The notes: generated by a model from the letters alone, not told the origin. A DNA stretch of 61,484 nucleotides, filler included, from Bdellovibrionota bacterium (GCA_963169515.1; 6 parts of 6 records of this genome joined end to end with filler, not necessarily neighbours in it); one strand, 5' to 3'; counted from the whole stretch's first letter, positions 48,832 through 58,463 are shown. Numbers and translations: made by a program.

Positions 48832-49747
48832 CTTGAGATTTTTGGTTTCGCGCCTGGTGCCAAGGTCTGTTGGCAAAGCTCTTTATTATTCTGGGTTTAT
48901 CCCTCTAAAGACAATTTTGAGCACAACTCATCCAAAAATAAATATCTCAATCCGCAATAGTTTTTTAAGCTCGGCGTTTTCTCCTTTTGTCAGCGATATA
49001 GACATGACAGTTATACTTCCCAACCGTTATGGTGTGGATCAAACACAAGATGCATTAAAAACAATTCTGCAATATCGCAATTTTTTCCCAGTCTTGGGAG
49101 AAATTAATAGTTATTCATGGGCTGAAATAGAGAAATTTAAACCCTGTCTCAATCCTTTGGAGGGGGCTCGGGATCCCGTTTTGCATCCCTTCCTGCGTCA
49201 GACCATAAAGCCAGAAGATAAATTTACTTTTTTACTTCGTATGATTGAAGCGGACTCTGCAAACCTCTTGCATCGTCCTCTGTATAGGTGGAAAAAATGG
49301 GAGCGCCATTTGTCTTCTTGTGGTTTGACCGTGCCCAAGCGATTTGACCTTGAAATATTGCTCAAGATTGTTATGGATACATTCCTTCCCGAGCATGCCG
49401 ATCTTGCGACAGAAACCGTGTTCAATTTCCTACGCCTTGTTAAACAAGGTACAACCTACGACAAGTTTGATTTAAATCTAATCTTGTGGGCCATATTTCC
49501 CAACCGGTTTTGCTTTCACCTAGAGACCAATATAGAGCTCCCAGCTTGGTTAGCTCAAATTCAAGAGGCCCAATTACAATGGGAAACATGGGGGCTAATG
49601 AGCCAACGACGGATCTATTTGCTTAAAGATACTGAAGACCAAATGAACTTACTTCAACATATAGATAATTTGATAACTGTTTTTCCCCAATATAGCTATC
49701 TAAAAGACTTAAAAAATATATGTTTGGTTCAAGATGAAAGCATTTGA
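48824..49747 (+). CDS. Nucleotidyltransferase-fold protein
   Basis: RNSF......VSDIDMTVI resembles the Pol-beta GS..DxD motif. Confidence 0.6.
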   Translation: MNDLRFLVSRLVPRSVGKALYYSGFIPLKTILSTTHPKINISIRNSFLSSAFSPFVSDIDMTVILPNRYGVDQTQDALKTILQYRNFFPVLGEINSYSWAEIEKFKPCLNPLEGARDPVLHPFLRQTIKPEDKFTFLLRMIEADSANLLHRPLYRWKKWERHLSSCGLTVPKRFDLEILLKIVMDTFLPEHADLATETVFNFLRLVKQGTTYDKFDLNLILWAIFPNRFCFHLETNIELPAWLAQIQEAQLQWETWGLMSQRRIYLLKDTEDQMNLLQHIDNLITVFPQYSYLKDLKNICLVQDESI

Positions 49748-50462
49748 TATTTACGGCGTCATTGTTACGGTAGAATCTGATTTATTTCCGAACGTACTAA
49801 ACCGACTTGAGTTTGATTTAAAATACTTTGTGATCTCCAACGTATCTTTAGAACCACATCTAAAAATTGTTGCAGTTGCATATAGTGAGGCGAAGTCTGG
49901 GGTGGTCGCCTTTGAAGGACAGAGCTATAGGGCCTATGGCTGGATATTACCGCGAACAGTTATATATGACGATGGCTCTTGTATTAAATTTTTCAAAAAT
50001 GGTATCGGAAAAACTGTAGAAATCTTATCTAAGGATGAAGACCGAGTTTATGAGTTGTCATTTCTTTTGCTACAGTCATTGGTCGGAGAAAAGTTAGAGT
50101 CATCTGGTTGGCTGAGGCTTCATGCGCTTTCTTTTAAAGAAAAGCGTGCGGGAATTGTACTTCTTCCATCGAGTGGCGGAAAATCTACGCTGGCGTATAT
50201 GATGGCTCACTTAAACTGGAAGGTTTATTCCGATGAGTTGACGCTTGTTAAAGCAGGAAATCTCTACCCATTCCCATGGAGGATGGCATTTGATGAAAGA
50301 TCTCAACAATATTTAGGAATAGAGGGGGGGGCTTATTTCCAGCGGAGAGGGGGAAAGAATAAATCGCTTGTTCCTTTTAATCTTGTTGTGGGTCCGACTC
50401 CGGATATACTGGTGAGCAGTTCTGGTGGTGGTATTTCTAATAAAATTCAAATTAGTGTTGAG
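49734..50462 (+). CDS. HPr-kinase-like P-loop protein (3' truncated)
   Basis: LRLHA...LLPSSGGKSTLA...YSDE...YPFPWRM. Confidence 0.7.
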
Positions 50463-50562
50463 NNNNNNNNNNNNNNNNNNNNNNNNNNNNNNNNNNNNNN
50501 NNNNNNTTAATTAATTAANNNNNNNNNNNNNNNNNNNNNNNNNNNNNNNNNNNNNNNNNNNN
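50463..50562. other. Artificial contig linker
   Basis: N/TTAATTAATTAA/N. Confidence 0.98.
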
Positions 50563-50563
50563 T

Positions 50564-50650
50564 TTTATTAATGGCGAATTTATAGGTGGATTCACAGATC
50601 TGATTGATGCCGACAACGACGGCAAAATCGACCTTATGTTAAAAAAATGA
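50564..50650 (+). CDS. Glutaredoxin, C-terminal fragment
   Basis: FINGEFIGGFTDLIDADNDGKIDLMLKK*. Confidence 0.75.
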   Translation, partial: FINGEFIGGFTDLIDADNDGKIDLMLKK

Positions 50651-51210
50651 AAATGATTTTGGCCGCTCTCATCATTAGCTTTCTCATTTTTTTAGGATTG
50701 TCACTTATGGCAGATAAAGCGCTCAATCGTCTTGCAATGCCGTTGAATCAATCTTCACAAATTGATTGGATTGTTGTTTTGGCAAATGGGTCTCGGTTAA
50801 CCCAAGGGCTAAAAATGCGCTTAGATAATGCAATACTCGCTCACCAACTGTGGCCGCAGGCAAAGCTGCTGCTAACCGGAGATTCTGCGCACGGGGAAAT
50901 TTCGGTGATGAAAGACTATCTGATAAAAAATAACGTGTCTGAATCCAGTATTTCAGAAGATCAGCATAGCACTTCGACTTGGGATTCGTTTAAAAATATA
51001 AAGCAGTTCATTAAAAACTCGGAATTTATGCTTATTGTTACTAACGAATTTCATCAGCGTCGGGCAATAGCAACCGCAAATCTAATGGGCTATAGCGCTG
51101 CCCTGTTTGGCAAAGATACGGTCACACTGGATCGTAATGCTTTCTATGCCATACGGGAGCAGCTAAGCGCAGTTAAGTGGTATATCCAGTATCTTTTATA
51201 TAAGGTATAG
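50647..51210 (+). CDS. YdcF/DUF218 (ElyC/SanA-like) protein
   Basis: N-terminal TM, IVVLA, RLD.A, LLLTG, E..STST, VTNEFHQRRA, REQL. Confidence 0.88.
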   Translation: MKMILAALIISFLIFLGLSLMADKALNRLAMPLNQSSQIDWIVVLANGSRLTQGLKMRLDNAILAHQLWPQAKLLLTGDSAHGEISVMKDYLIKNNVSESSISEDQHSTSTWDSFKNIKQFIKNSEFMLIVTNEFHQRRAIATANLMGYSAALFGKDTVTLDRNAFYAIREQLSAVKWYIQYLLYKV

Positions 51211-51341
51211 TTATAGTTCGAATAAAATATTTCAATTTGCTTGATTTAAATCATCAAAATATAAGGTTTTGTTATAAGGGGTCAGAGGGGAAATAGAAGG
51301 TTGTTCGGGGGCGATTCAACCTTCAAATATCATAAGTTTTT

Positions 51342-51373
51342 AGCCCGGGTTGTTCATCACCCGGGCTTTTTTT
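51342..51373 (+). terminator. Intrinsic terminator
   Basis: AGCCCGGGT-loop-ACCCGGGC-T7. Confidence 0.8.
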
Positions 51374-51408
51374 ATGTTTAAAATCTCATAATCGACCGAT
51401 AAGAATCG

Positions 51409-52509
51409 GTGAAACATTTTTTAAAATACTTCAATCTGTTTATCGTAATTGCCACGGTTCTGTTGTTCAATAACTGTGGACAAAGCTTTAAAGCATTGCA
51501 TATTGGTGCTTCAAAAAGTTTAGACATTTCACCCACACCGAATATTTCGCCCGCCCTATCGCCGAGCCCGCGTCCAAATACTCCGACTCCTACTTTAAGC
51601 CCAGTTGTCGATGACGGCTATTTCCCTGCTGATACCCCCTGGTATCGAGACGTTACCAACGCTCCAGTCGATAGCGAATCTTCGGTTATCATCAATTGGC
51701 TAGCGAGCAATGGCGGCTGGGGTACTGGACGCATGCAGGTTGATTTTAGTTTTCATATTCTGACAATGGATTCGGGAACGCCCTTTATTCCTGTTGTTAG
51801 AAATTCCGATTATTATATTCCAGATTGCGATGCAAACACGACGTTTCCTTTGCCTGCAGGTGGAGCTATTGAAGGTTCTGACAATTACTCTTGCACAGGT
51901 GGAGATTGCCATCTTCTTGTCCGTGACCTTGCGAATAAGAAAATTTACGAGTCTTATGTTTCAAATGTTGTTAATGGCAGCCTACACACTACATGCATTG
52001 CTGTTTGGAGCTACAAATCTTACCCTGAAACGCTCCGAGGGGATCAGTGCACAAGCACTGATGCGGCTGGATTTCCGATCACGCCACTTCTTTTTACCGC
52101 CGACGAAATCGCAGCGGGCGAGATCAAACACGCGATTCGATTTATTTTGCCAAATGCAAGAATGAGAGCTCGCGTTTATGTGCGTCCTGCCAGTCACGCA
52201 GGCGGACCATCTGGCCCTGCACAGGCTGTTCCCTATGGGGCGCGCCTGCGTTTGAAATCAAGTTTTGATGTTAATAGGCTCAACCCAGCAGCCCGGGTTG
52301 TAGCGCGCGCAATGAAAAAATATGGAATGCTTCTTGCCGATGGTGGTAACATTGCTCTAACGGCTGCAAGCGATCAATACACTACTGCAAAGTGGGATCA
52401 GGTTGGTTTCGGCCCCCGGGATCTTGATACACTTCAAGTGACAGATTTTGAAATGATTGAAGCTGGCCCACGAATTCCACTTACGTATGATTGCGTTCGC
52501 AATCCATAA
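51409..52509 (+). CDS. Lipoprotein with Pro-rich linker and Cys-containing domain of unknown function
   Basis: LLFNNCG lipobox, PTP/PSP linker, DCHLLV, DAAGFPI, IKHAIRF, MKKYGMLLADGG. Confidence 0.8.
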   Translation: MKHFLKYFNLFIVIATVLLFNNCGQSFKALHIGASKSLDISPTPNISPALSPSPRPNTPTPTLSPVVDDGYFPADTPWYRDVTNAPVDSESSVIINWLASNGGWGTGRMQVDFSFHILTMDSGTPFIPVVRNSDYYIPDCDANTTFPLPAGGAIEGSDNYSCTGGDCHLLVRDLANKKIYESYVSNVVNGSLHTTCIAVWSYKSYPETLRGDQCTSTDAAGFPITPLLFTADEIAAGEIKHAIRFILPNARMRARVYVRPASHAGGPSGPAQAVPYGARLRLKSSFDVNRLNPAARVVARAMKKYGMLLADGGNIALTAASDQYTTAKWDQVGFGPRDLDTLQVTDFEMIEAGPRIPLTYDCVRNP

Positions 52510-52603
52510 AAATTGGGGCTCCCGCCTGTGGGAGTTTAGAACTGCGCGTACGAATCGGTAGGATTTAAAAGGCCATAAAGAATTTATGGCCTGCTTTGAG
52601 ATA

Positions 52604-53254
52604 TTAGTTCTTTTTTTGAACTTTAAATTGATCTTGGTATTCAGGTTTGATGTCAGTTTCAATAGAGCAGTCTAAATAACGGAAGTAAGTTCCAATATCG
52701 CCCTGTGTTTTGCTAGAAAAGTTAAGAGCCACATCTTTAAGCTTTTCATTTACGCTTCTTTGACCTGAACCTTGACCGCTAATTGTAGCACCGTTGATGT
52801 GAATAGCAGACTCTTCGTAAGAGTAAGCGTATTCAATAACTGGAGTATGTTCCATGATGTAAACCGTGCCGTCTACGTCAGTGTGGTGAACATGGCTAAT
52901 TTTTAAAGCGTTTACTTGAATAGAAACATCAACTGTTTGGTCTTGAGATTTACCTGACAATTTTAGTTCGCCTTGAGTTGGGTCTACTTTTAATAAATCT
53001 ACCGAAAAAGAATCATTTGGAGGGTTTGATTTATTCAATTCGCCACCAAATTGAGTCCATAAATTACAGACAAGTTCAGCTTTATTGTATTTAGTTTGAA
53101 GAACTTCATCTGTTGATTTTCCCTCTAGATTTTGGGCAGTTGGGCCTTGTGGTGTTGGTGCATTTTTTTGTGAATTATTATCGTTATTTTTTGCACAAGC
53201 TACAAAAATTAAAGCACATAAAATAACAGAGATATTTTTTAAAGAGTCTAACAT
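52604..53254 (-). CDS. Hypothetical lipoprotein
   Basis: GGAGG RBS, ATG 53254, lipobox FVAC. Confidence 0.8.
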   Translation of the reverse strand: MLDSLKNISVILCALIFVACAKNNDNNSQKNAPTPQGPTAQNLEGKSTDEVLQTKYNKAELVCNLWTQFGGELNKSNPPNDSFSVDLLKVDPTQGELKLSGKSQDQTVDVSIQVNALKISHVHHTDVDGTVYIMEHTPVIEYAYSYEESAIHINGATISGQGSGQRSVNEKLKDVALNFSSKTQGDIGTYFRYLDCSIETDIKPEYQDQFKVQKKN

Positions 53255-53391
53255 GATTCCTCCGATGGAGCGAATCACTTAACACAACCCCAAGAAACAG
53301 CCAAGTCCTAAAATCATTAGGTGAGCTTATTACCCTAATTGGCCGCAAAGACTCAACATAGAGTTGGCACTACTTCGGGTCTCAGGTCGCC

Positions 53392-53619
53392 GTTCATTCC
53401 ATATATAAATTTGATCGCCTTGATTTACTACGTTTTCAAACCAGGGTTAATTTCAGAACCGGTTTAGCTAAAAATCCAGATGTTGTTATTCCAGTTCAAG
53501 GAATGGTTGCACAATCGACGGCAGACGAACTCACAAAGTTAAATGCTCTCAAAAACCAAGGAATTTTAACGGATGAGGAATACGCCCAAGCCAAATCAAA
53601 AGTTTTAAAAGCGGTATAA
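53392..53619 (+). pseudogene. Remnant of a membrane (DUF805-like)/SHOCT-domain gene
   Basis: FIPYINLIALIYYVFKPG in one frame; STADELTKLNALKNQGILTDEEYAQAKSKVL* (SHOCT) in another; no proper 5' end. Confidence 0.55.
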
Positions 53620-53636
53620 TATGAAGTTATGGATAA

Positions 53637-54053
53637 TTATTTTAGTGAGTCAAGGCGCAAAAGGAAACTCGATGGCGGTTCAATCAAGATGCCGTTGAAA
53701 GTTTTAAGTGGTAGCAAATGCCGCTTATCGCCTGTAACCAACACATCACAACCTCCCATGATTGCTAATTCTAAAATCAAATTATCACCTTCATGTTCGA
53801 TGTAACTGGTTTTTCCGCTTGGAACAAAAACTGAGGACACCTCTGAAATATCAAAAAGGAATTGTTCCACACGGTGCTTATTTAAACCAAGTTTGCCCAA
53901 CAAATTACGCCTGACTTCTTGTAGAATATTCGGACCTGTGACCAATAAAAATTCACGATTTAAGGCACGTTTTAAAACCTCAAAAGGTTTTCCATTAAAG
54001 GCGATCCCAGATATAAAAACATTGGCATCAAGGCAGGCCGTGATTTTTGACAT
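53637..54053 (-). CDS. PIN-domain toxin (PIN_3 type)
   Basis: CLDANVFISG, ILQEV, DNLILELA, LVTGDKRHLL. Confidence 0.9.
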   Translation of the reverse strand: MSKITACLDANVFISGIAFNGKPFEVLKRALNREFLLVTGPNILQEVRRNLLGKLGLNKHRVEQFLFDISEVSSVFVPSGKTSYIEHEGDNLILELAIMGGCDVLVTGDKRHLLPLKTFNGILIEPPSSFLLRLDSLK

Positions 54054-54064
54054 ATATCAATTTC

Positions 54065-54289
54065 TCATTCTTGAAAAGGGCCACCGAAATCTTTTGCAGT
54101 TAGTTTCTTTTTCTTTACTGATTTTCTACCATCAGCAGCCAACGCATTTAAATTGCGCTGCGCCTGGTATTGACGAAAGGCTTCACGGATAAGTTCACTG
54201 ATAGTTCTATGCTCTTCTTTTGCTACCTTTTCAATTTCTTTCCCCATGGCAACAGGTAAGGAAATAGTTATAGTTTTAAGTGACGGCAT
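54065..54289 (-). CDS. Ribbon-helix-helix antitoxin
   Basis: TITISLP...IEKVAKEEHRTISELIREAFRQY; GGAGG RBS. Confidence 0.9.
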   Translation of the reverse strand: MPSLKTITISLPVAMGKEIEKVAKEEHRTISELIREAFRQYQAQRNLNALAADGRKSVKKKKLTAKDFGGPFQE

Positions 54290-54302
54290 GGTTTATCCTC
54301 CA

Positions 54303-54335
54303 AGGATAAGAAAAAATCTTAATTAATCTTATCCT
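54303..54335. promoter_or_regulatory. Inverted-repeat operator of the RHH-PIN operon
   Basis: AGGATAAGA...TCTTATCCT. Confidence 0.6.
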
Positions 54336-54512
54336 ATTCATAGAATGTTGTAAAGATATACTTTTAGATTTGAGACCCGTGTATCAAGATGAGACGGCAT
54401 AGTGACCCAAGGTCACGCAAGATCGGCCAGTTTTGGATCAGTTTGGACACTTTGGCTTAGCTTCTATATAATTTTGTATTTACATTGTTATTACTTTATA
54501 TTACACTGAATT

Positions 54513-54787
54513 GTGGAATTTGAATGGGACGACGCTAAGGCAGAAGTGAGCTACAAGAAGCATGGCGTGCGCTGTCCGAAGCCGTTACCATTTGGCTTGA
54601 TGATCGCGCTCTTGAAATGCCCGACCCTGAGCATTCAGACAAAGAGGACCGTTGGATACGTATGGGAATATCAAGAAATGCAAGAGTTCTGATTGTCGCC
54701 TATGTTGAAAAAATCGAGGGCGAACGGATTCGAGCCATTTCTGCCCGGAAAGCTAACAAAAATGAAGAAAAACAATACACGAGGTGA
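54513..54787 (+). pseudogene. brnT: BrnT-family toxin, frameshifted
   Basis: MEFEWDDAKAEVSYKKHGVR, then after a 1-nt loss near 54573 SEAVTIWLDDRA..HS.KEDRWIRMG...RIRAISARKA. Confidence 0.85.
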
Positions 54788-54790
54788 TTT

Positions 54791-55036
54791 ATGAAAGACG
54801 AATATAATTTTTCAAAAGCCAAGAAAGGGAAAAAAGCAAAGGAACTTAAAGTGATAAAAACTTTTCGACTTGATCCTGATGTATTAGATTGGCTCGAGAT
54901 TGAGGGAAACAAGCAAGGCATGGGATACCAAACATTTTTGAACTGGTTTTTGAGGAAATCAATGGATCAAGAAACCTCTGTGGAGGCTCGTTTAGAAAAA
55001 ATCGAACAAGCTGTTTTTCACAAAAAGGCTCGTTAA
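54791..55036 (+). CDS. brnA: BrnA-family antitoxin
   Basis: MKDEYNFSKAKKG, TFRLDPDVLDWL, GYQTFLN..LR. Confidence 0.9.
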   Translation: MKDEYNFSKAKKGKKAKELKVIKTFRLDPDVLDWLEIEGNKQGMGYQTFLNWFLRKSMDQETSVEARLEKIEQAVFHKKAR

Positions 55037-55055
55037 GAACCGTAGAACCCAAAAC

Positions 55056-55132
55056 TGGTGCGCCCGACAGGACTCGAACCTGTGACCCCTACCATGTCAA
55101 GGTAGTACTCTAACCAACTGAGCTACGAGCGC
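55056..55132 (-). tRNA. tRNA-Val(GAC)
   Basis: GCGCTCGTAGCTCAGTTGGTTAGAGTACTACCTTGACATGGTAGGGGTCACAGGTTCGAGTCCTGTCGGGCGCACCA; 77 nt, CCA encoded. Confidence 0.98.
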
Positions 55133-55149
55133 AATGGGGACAATAAAAC

Positions 55150-55640
55150 TCAAACTGTTTTTGGGGTCAAATTATTTTTTAGCTTTTCCACCCAAATACT
55201 GAAAATCTCTTTGGTATTCTTAGTGCTGAAGTGTTTGGTTTGATCCAATTTTAGATCCTTTACTCCACATGATTTTATAGTTTCAAACAACGACAGATCA
55301 TTTTCAACATTGATCGAAATCCCATGGCGGCTGACGCCTCGATCAATCCTAAAACCAAAAAATGCAATTTTCCCATTTTTTGAATAAAGGCCGGGCGAAT
55401 CTTTGAGGCTTTTTGTGGGAATACCAATGTGATTTAAAGTATCCCTGGTCGTGCGCTCCATCAAACCAAGAAAGTCACGCACACCGAGAGAATGCTTTCT
55501 CAAAGACACTATTGGATAAATCACGAGCTGCCCTGGCGAATGCAACGTGGCCATTCCCCCGCGGTCCGTTTTTGTTACAAAAATGTCCTGATTTTCAAGC
55601 TTCGATCTCGAAAAATTCACTTCGCTTTCAAAACTTGCCC
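55150..55640 (-). CDS. lipB: Lipoyl(octanoyl) transferase (5' truncated)
   Basis: TDRGGMATLHSPGQLVIYPI, KIAFFG, HGISINV. Confidence 0.92.
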
Positions 55641-55740
55641 NNNNNNNNNNNNNNNNNNNNNNNNNNNNNNNNNNNNNNNNNNNNTTAATTAATTAANNNN
55701 NNNNNNNNNNNNNNNNNNNNNNNNNNNNNNNNNNNNNNNN
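55641..55740. other. Artificial contig linker
   Basis: N/TTAATTAATTAA/N. Confidence 0.98.
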
Positions 55741-55817
55741 CGGAACTCGTTTTTGCAAGAAAAACAATAAGTTAGATGCCTCGAATCCTTTTTTACCAAC
55801 ACACAAGTAGGCCAGTT

Positions 55818-56105
55818 TTAGTATTTTACACCAGGGGCAGGCGTAGGCAGCTCTTCAACAATTTCCGAGCGAAAGTTTGTACGAAATTTAACAAAGTTTG
55901 AAAGTTCATTCTTCTCGCGATTAAGAATTACAAGACGATCGTCGTTAATCAATTCTCCCTTAACTTCTAAATCGTCCAAATCCAATTTATTCTTCGCATT
56001 TGCGGTCTTGTTGTTGAGCAGTATTAAAACGACAATACCAAGCAGGATGATAATCAATGGGTATATTTTTTCAAGCTTCGATCTGTTTGGCAGTTTACTG
56101 AGCAC
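55818..56105 (-). CDS. CglF/GltF-like small secreted gliding-motility protein
   Basis: Signal/TM, then LDLDDLEVKGEL..D...I..R....SNFVKFRTNF, like CglF IDF.D..IEG.L...NLIRIR.DF (recalled consensus). Confidence 0.6.
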   Translation of the reverse strand: MLSKLPNRSKLEKIYPLIIILLGIVVLILLNNKTANAKNKLDLDDLEVKGELINDDRLVILNREKNELSNFVKFRTNFRSEIVEELPTPAPGVKY

Positions 56106-56259
56106 TGTTTCCTCTTAGAGATTCTACACCTACATTTCTATAATAGGCAGATGTATTATATTCGGGAAGTCCTGAATTTTATTCAAGTGGAATTTTGTAA
56201 TTTTTTAAAAATGCTGTTTTGTTTTTCCCATCGTCCGGCGTCGGACGCCTAACGAGATT

Positions 56260-56367
56260 CTAAAACAAGTGAGAAAAAAAGTTAAACGTCGAAAGCAAGA
56301 GAATGCTGATGACGACAGCTATGGTTACTCTTTCCGTCAGAACAAGAACCTTTTCAAACGATTTCAT
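56260..56367 (-). CDS. 35-aa single-TM small protein
   Basis: AAGGAG RBS, MKSFEKVLVLTERVTIAVVISILLLSTFNFFSHLF*. Confidence 0.55.
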   Translation of the reverse strand: MKSFEKVLVLTERVTIAVVISILLLSTFNFFSHLF

Positions 56368-56618
56368 AGTAGCTCCTTACTTTGGTTTTTAGGATTCTAA
56401 ACCAATTGACGTGAATAAGGGGTTACATGAAAGTCTTTAAAATCCCTGTTAATGATTAAAAAAGCAAAACCAAGACCAGCCAGGCCAAGGTAAACAGCAG
56501 GTAATGTTTCGGTTCTTGTCCAACAGTATGATACGTAAAGTTATTTTTCGTTTTTTACATTCGTTTTTACACAGTCTCAAAATGATGCACATCACTCTAT
56601 CGAAAATGAAAATTCAAT

Positions 56619-56643
56619 AAAAAAGGCCCAATTCCTTGGGCCT
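56619..56643 (-). terminator. Intrinsic terminator after the vWA gene
   Basis: Minus strand AGGCCCA-AGGAAT-TGGGCC-T6. Confidence 0.65.
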
Positions 56644-56724
56644 CTGGGATTAAAATAGAGTAAAAAATAGAGTTTTGGTAAAGGCTTCTTTGTTAAGAAA
56701 CCCTTTTCATTTTGGGATTAAGGG

Positions 56725-58371
56725 TTATTCAAATTTTCCCACCTTTTTATATACTTCATAGGGTGTGAACATTTTGTTTTCAACTTTCAATCCTGCCGCT
56801 GAACCCATGCTGGATTGTTCTTCTGCGTTTGCATCCAATATTTGGAATGACGACATATAAATGCCTTTTCCATTTGGATCCTTAAATTTGGTTTGTATAA
56901 AATAAACCAAGATGACGTTCTCATTGGCTCCGTGCCTCAGCAGTGGGTGCGTCTTTTCCACCGCTTGGACCGGATACAGTTTCAGCTTATCTTGTTTGAA
57001 ATTGTAGCATGCTCGCCCGTCTGTAATATCACTCTGCAAATCAATTTTGGTATCATATTCAAACGCAGTGCCCGCATCATTTTCCAAAGGATTCCTGTGC
57101 AACTGAATCTGACGGAACGCAATTTCTTTATCTCCGTCCCAAACTTGGTTAATTCGATCATCCATTGCCCAACCCAGATGATTTCTGAAAACCATAGCCT
57201 CCAGCCCATCTATTACACCATCATTGTCAGTGTCGGGGTCTACCGGATTCCCTGATGTCCATACATTGCCCTTTGGCCACTCTGTCCCGCTTGGACTTAA
57301 GTTTGACAGAATTGCCTCTTCACAATCGTTAAGCAGATCCATATCAGCATCCAAGCGACCTTTTTCATCACATTTAGGAAGCTCACGCTTCCCTTTCATG
57401 ACAGTCAGATAGTATATGTAATCCGAATATCCTGTGTCGTACAAATTACCATCTTTATCTTTTTGTGGGGTTGAACGATTGAGTGGATCTAAATTATAAG
57501 TGACTTCATCACGGTCGCACATCCCGTCTGCATCAGAATCCACATCATAACGCTGATCTTCACAGATCGCAGAATTCAAATTGTAGACAAAAAATGTATC
57601 TTTTTTCAGAATCCACGCTTCAATGGTTTCGCCACCCACAATCAGGTCGTTAAAATTAACATTTTCACCCTTGTCAAAGTTTGCAAATTTGCCATGTCCA
57701 GCCTCAGCCATCCTGCGTATGCGATCTTCAGCACTTGCGGATTTGCGGCCGTAAAACGCGGCGCTAAAATAAATATCCCCCGGTGCAATCAGTTGCCCTA
57801 CTTTTGTAACAAGACCGTTAGTATCTTGTGGATTACCCACATTGGGCTCTCCATCTGTAATAAAGAAAACAGCATAGAGATTTTTTTGCCCTGGATCGAT
57901 AGCATTATTTTTTGCAATCGCACTACCAGTTAAATCGATTGCATCCGCATAATTTGTCGATCCTCCGTGGCCTTTTCTTCTAAGAGTATTAAAAGCATTT
58001 TCAACAATTGTTTCATCATCTGTAAAAATAGGATTATTTCTATTTCCATCATTTATAATTGCCTCTGCATCACTATCGAATGTCAGAATCCCCCAGCGCA
58101 TATAATTTGTCATTTTGTTGGCAGTATAAAACTCATATGCCTTATCAATACGCCTTTTTTTAGGATCTGTGCCTTCGCTACTATTGCTGCCAGAGTAATC
58201 TATTACAAATAAAAAGTTGGTGTAGGCGATCGAAGATTCTGGGTTGAACGTGCAAAAGCCGCCGACACTTGTTGCGTTTATGGTTTGACCAGGCACTCTT
58301 TCAAGATTGAAATTCGAGCACGATATTGCAATTACGGCGACTAAAAGGGCTAGACATACGTGCTTTATCAT
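56725..58371 (-). CDS. vWA-domain lipoprotein with thrombospondin type-3-like Ca-binding repeats (CglD/MtsD-like)
   Basis: Lipobox AISC, MIDAS DYSGS..T..FITDGEP, DSDADGMCD, DADMDLLND, DTDNDGVIDG. Confidence 0.8.
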   Translation of the reverse strand: MIKHVCLALLVAVIAISCSNFNLERVPGQTINATSVGGFCTFNPESSIAYTNFLFVIDYSGSNSSEGTDPKKRRIDKAYEFYTANKMTNYMRWGILTFDSDAEAIINDGNRNNPIFTDDETIVENAFNTLRRKGHGGSTNYADAIDLTGSAIAKNNAIDPGQKNLYAVFFITDGEPNVGNPQDTNGLVTKVGQLIAPGDIYFSAAFYGRKSASAEDRIRRMAEAGHGKFANFDKGENVNFNDLIVGGETIEAWILKKDTFFVYNLNSAICEDQRYDVDSDADGMCDRDEVTYNLDPLNRSTPQKDKDGNLYDTGYSDYIYYLTVMKGKRELPKCDEKGRLDADMDLLNDCEEAILSNLSPSGTEWPKGNVWTSGNPVDPDTDNDGVIDGLEAMVFRNHLGWAMDDRINQVWDGDKEIAFRQIQLHRNPLENDAGTAFEYDTKIDLQSDITDGRACYNFKQDKLKLYPVQAVEKTHPLLRHGANENVILVYFIQTKFKDPNGKGIYMSSFQILDANAEEQSSMGSAAGLKVENKMFTPYEVYKKVGKFE

Positions 58372-58463
58372 TCAAAACTCCCGTTAGATTTTAGTAGGTC
58401 AAGTTACTTACTTAGGTCTATCGGGTGAAAGTCCGTATCAGCTTTAAGTCTTAAGCCTTTTTT

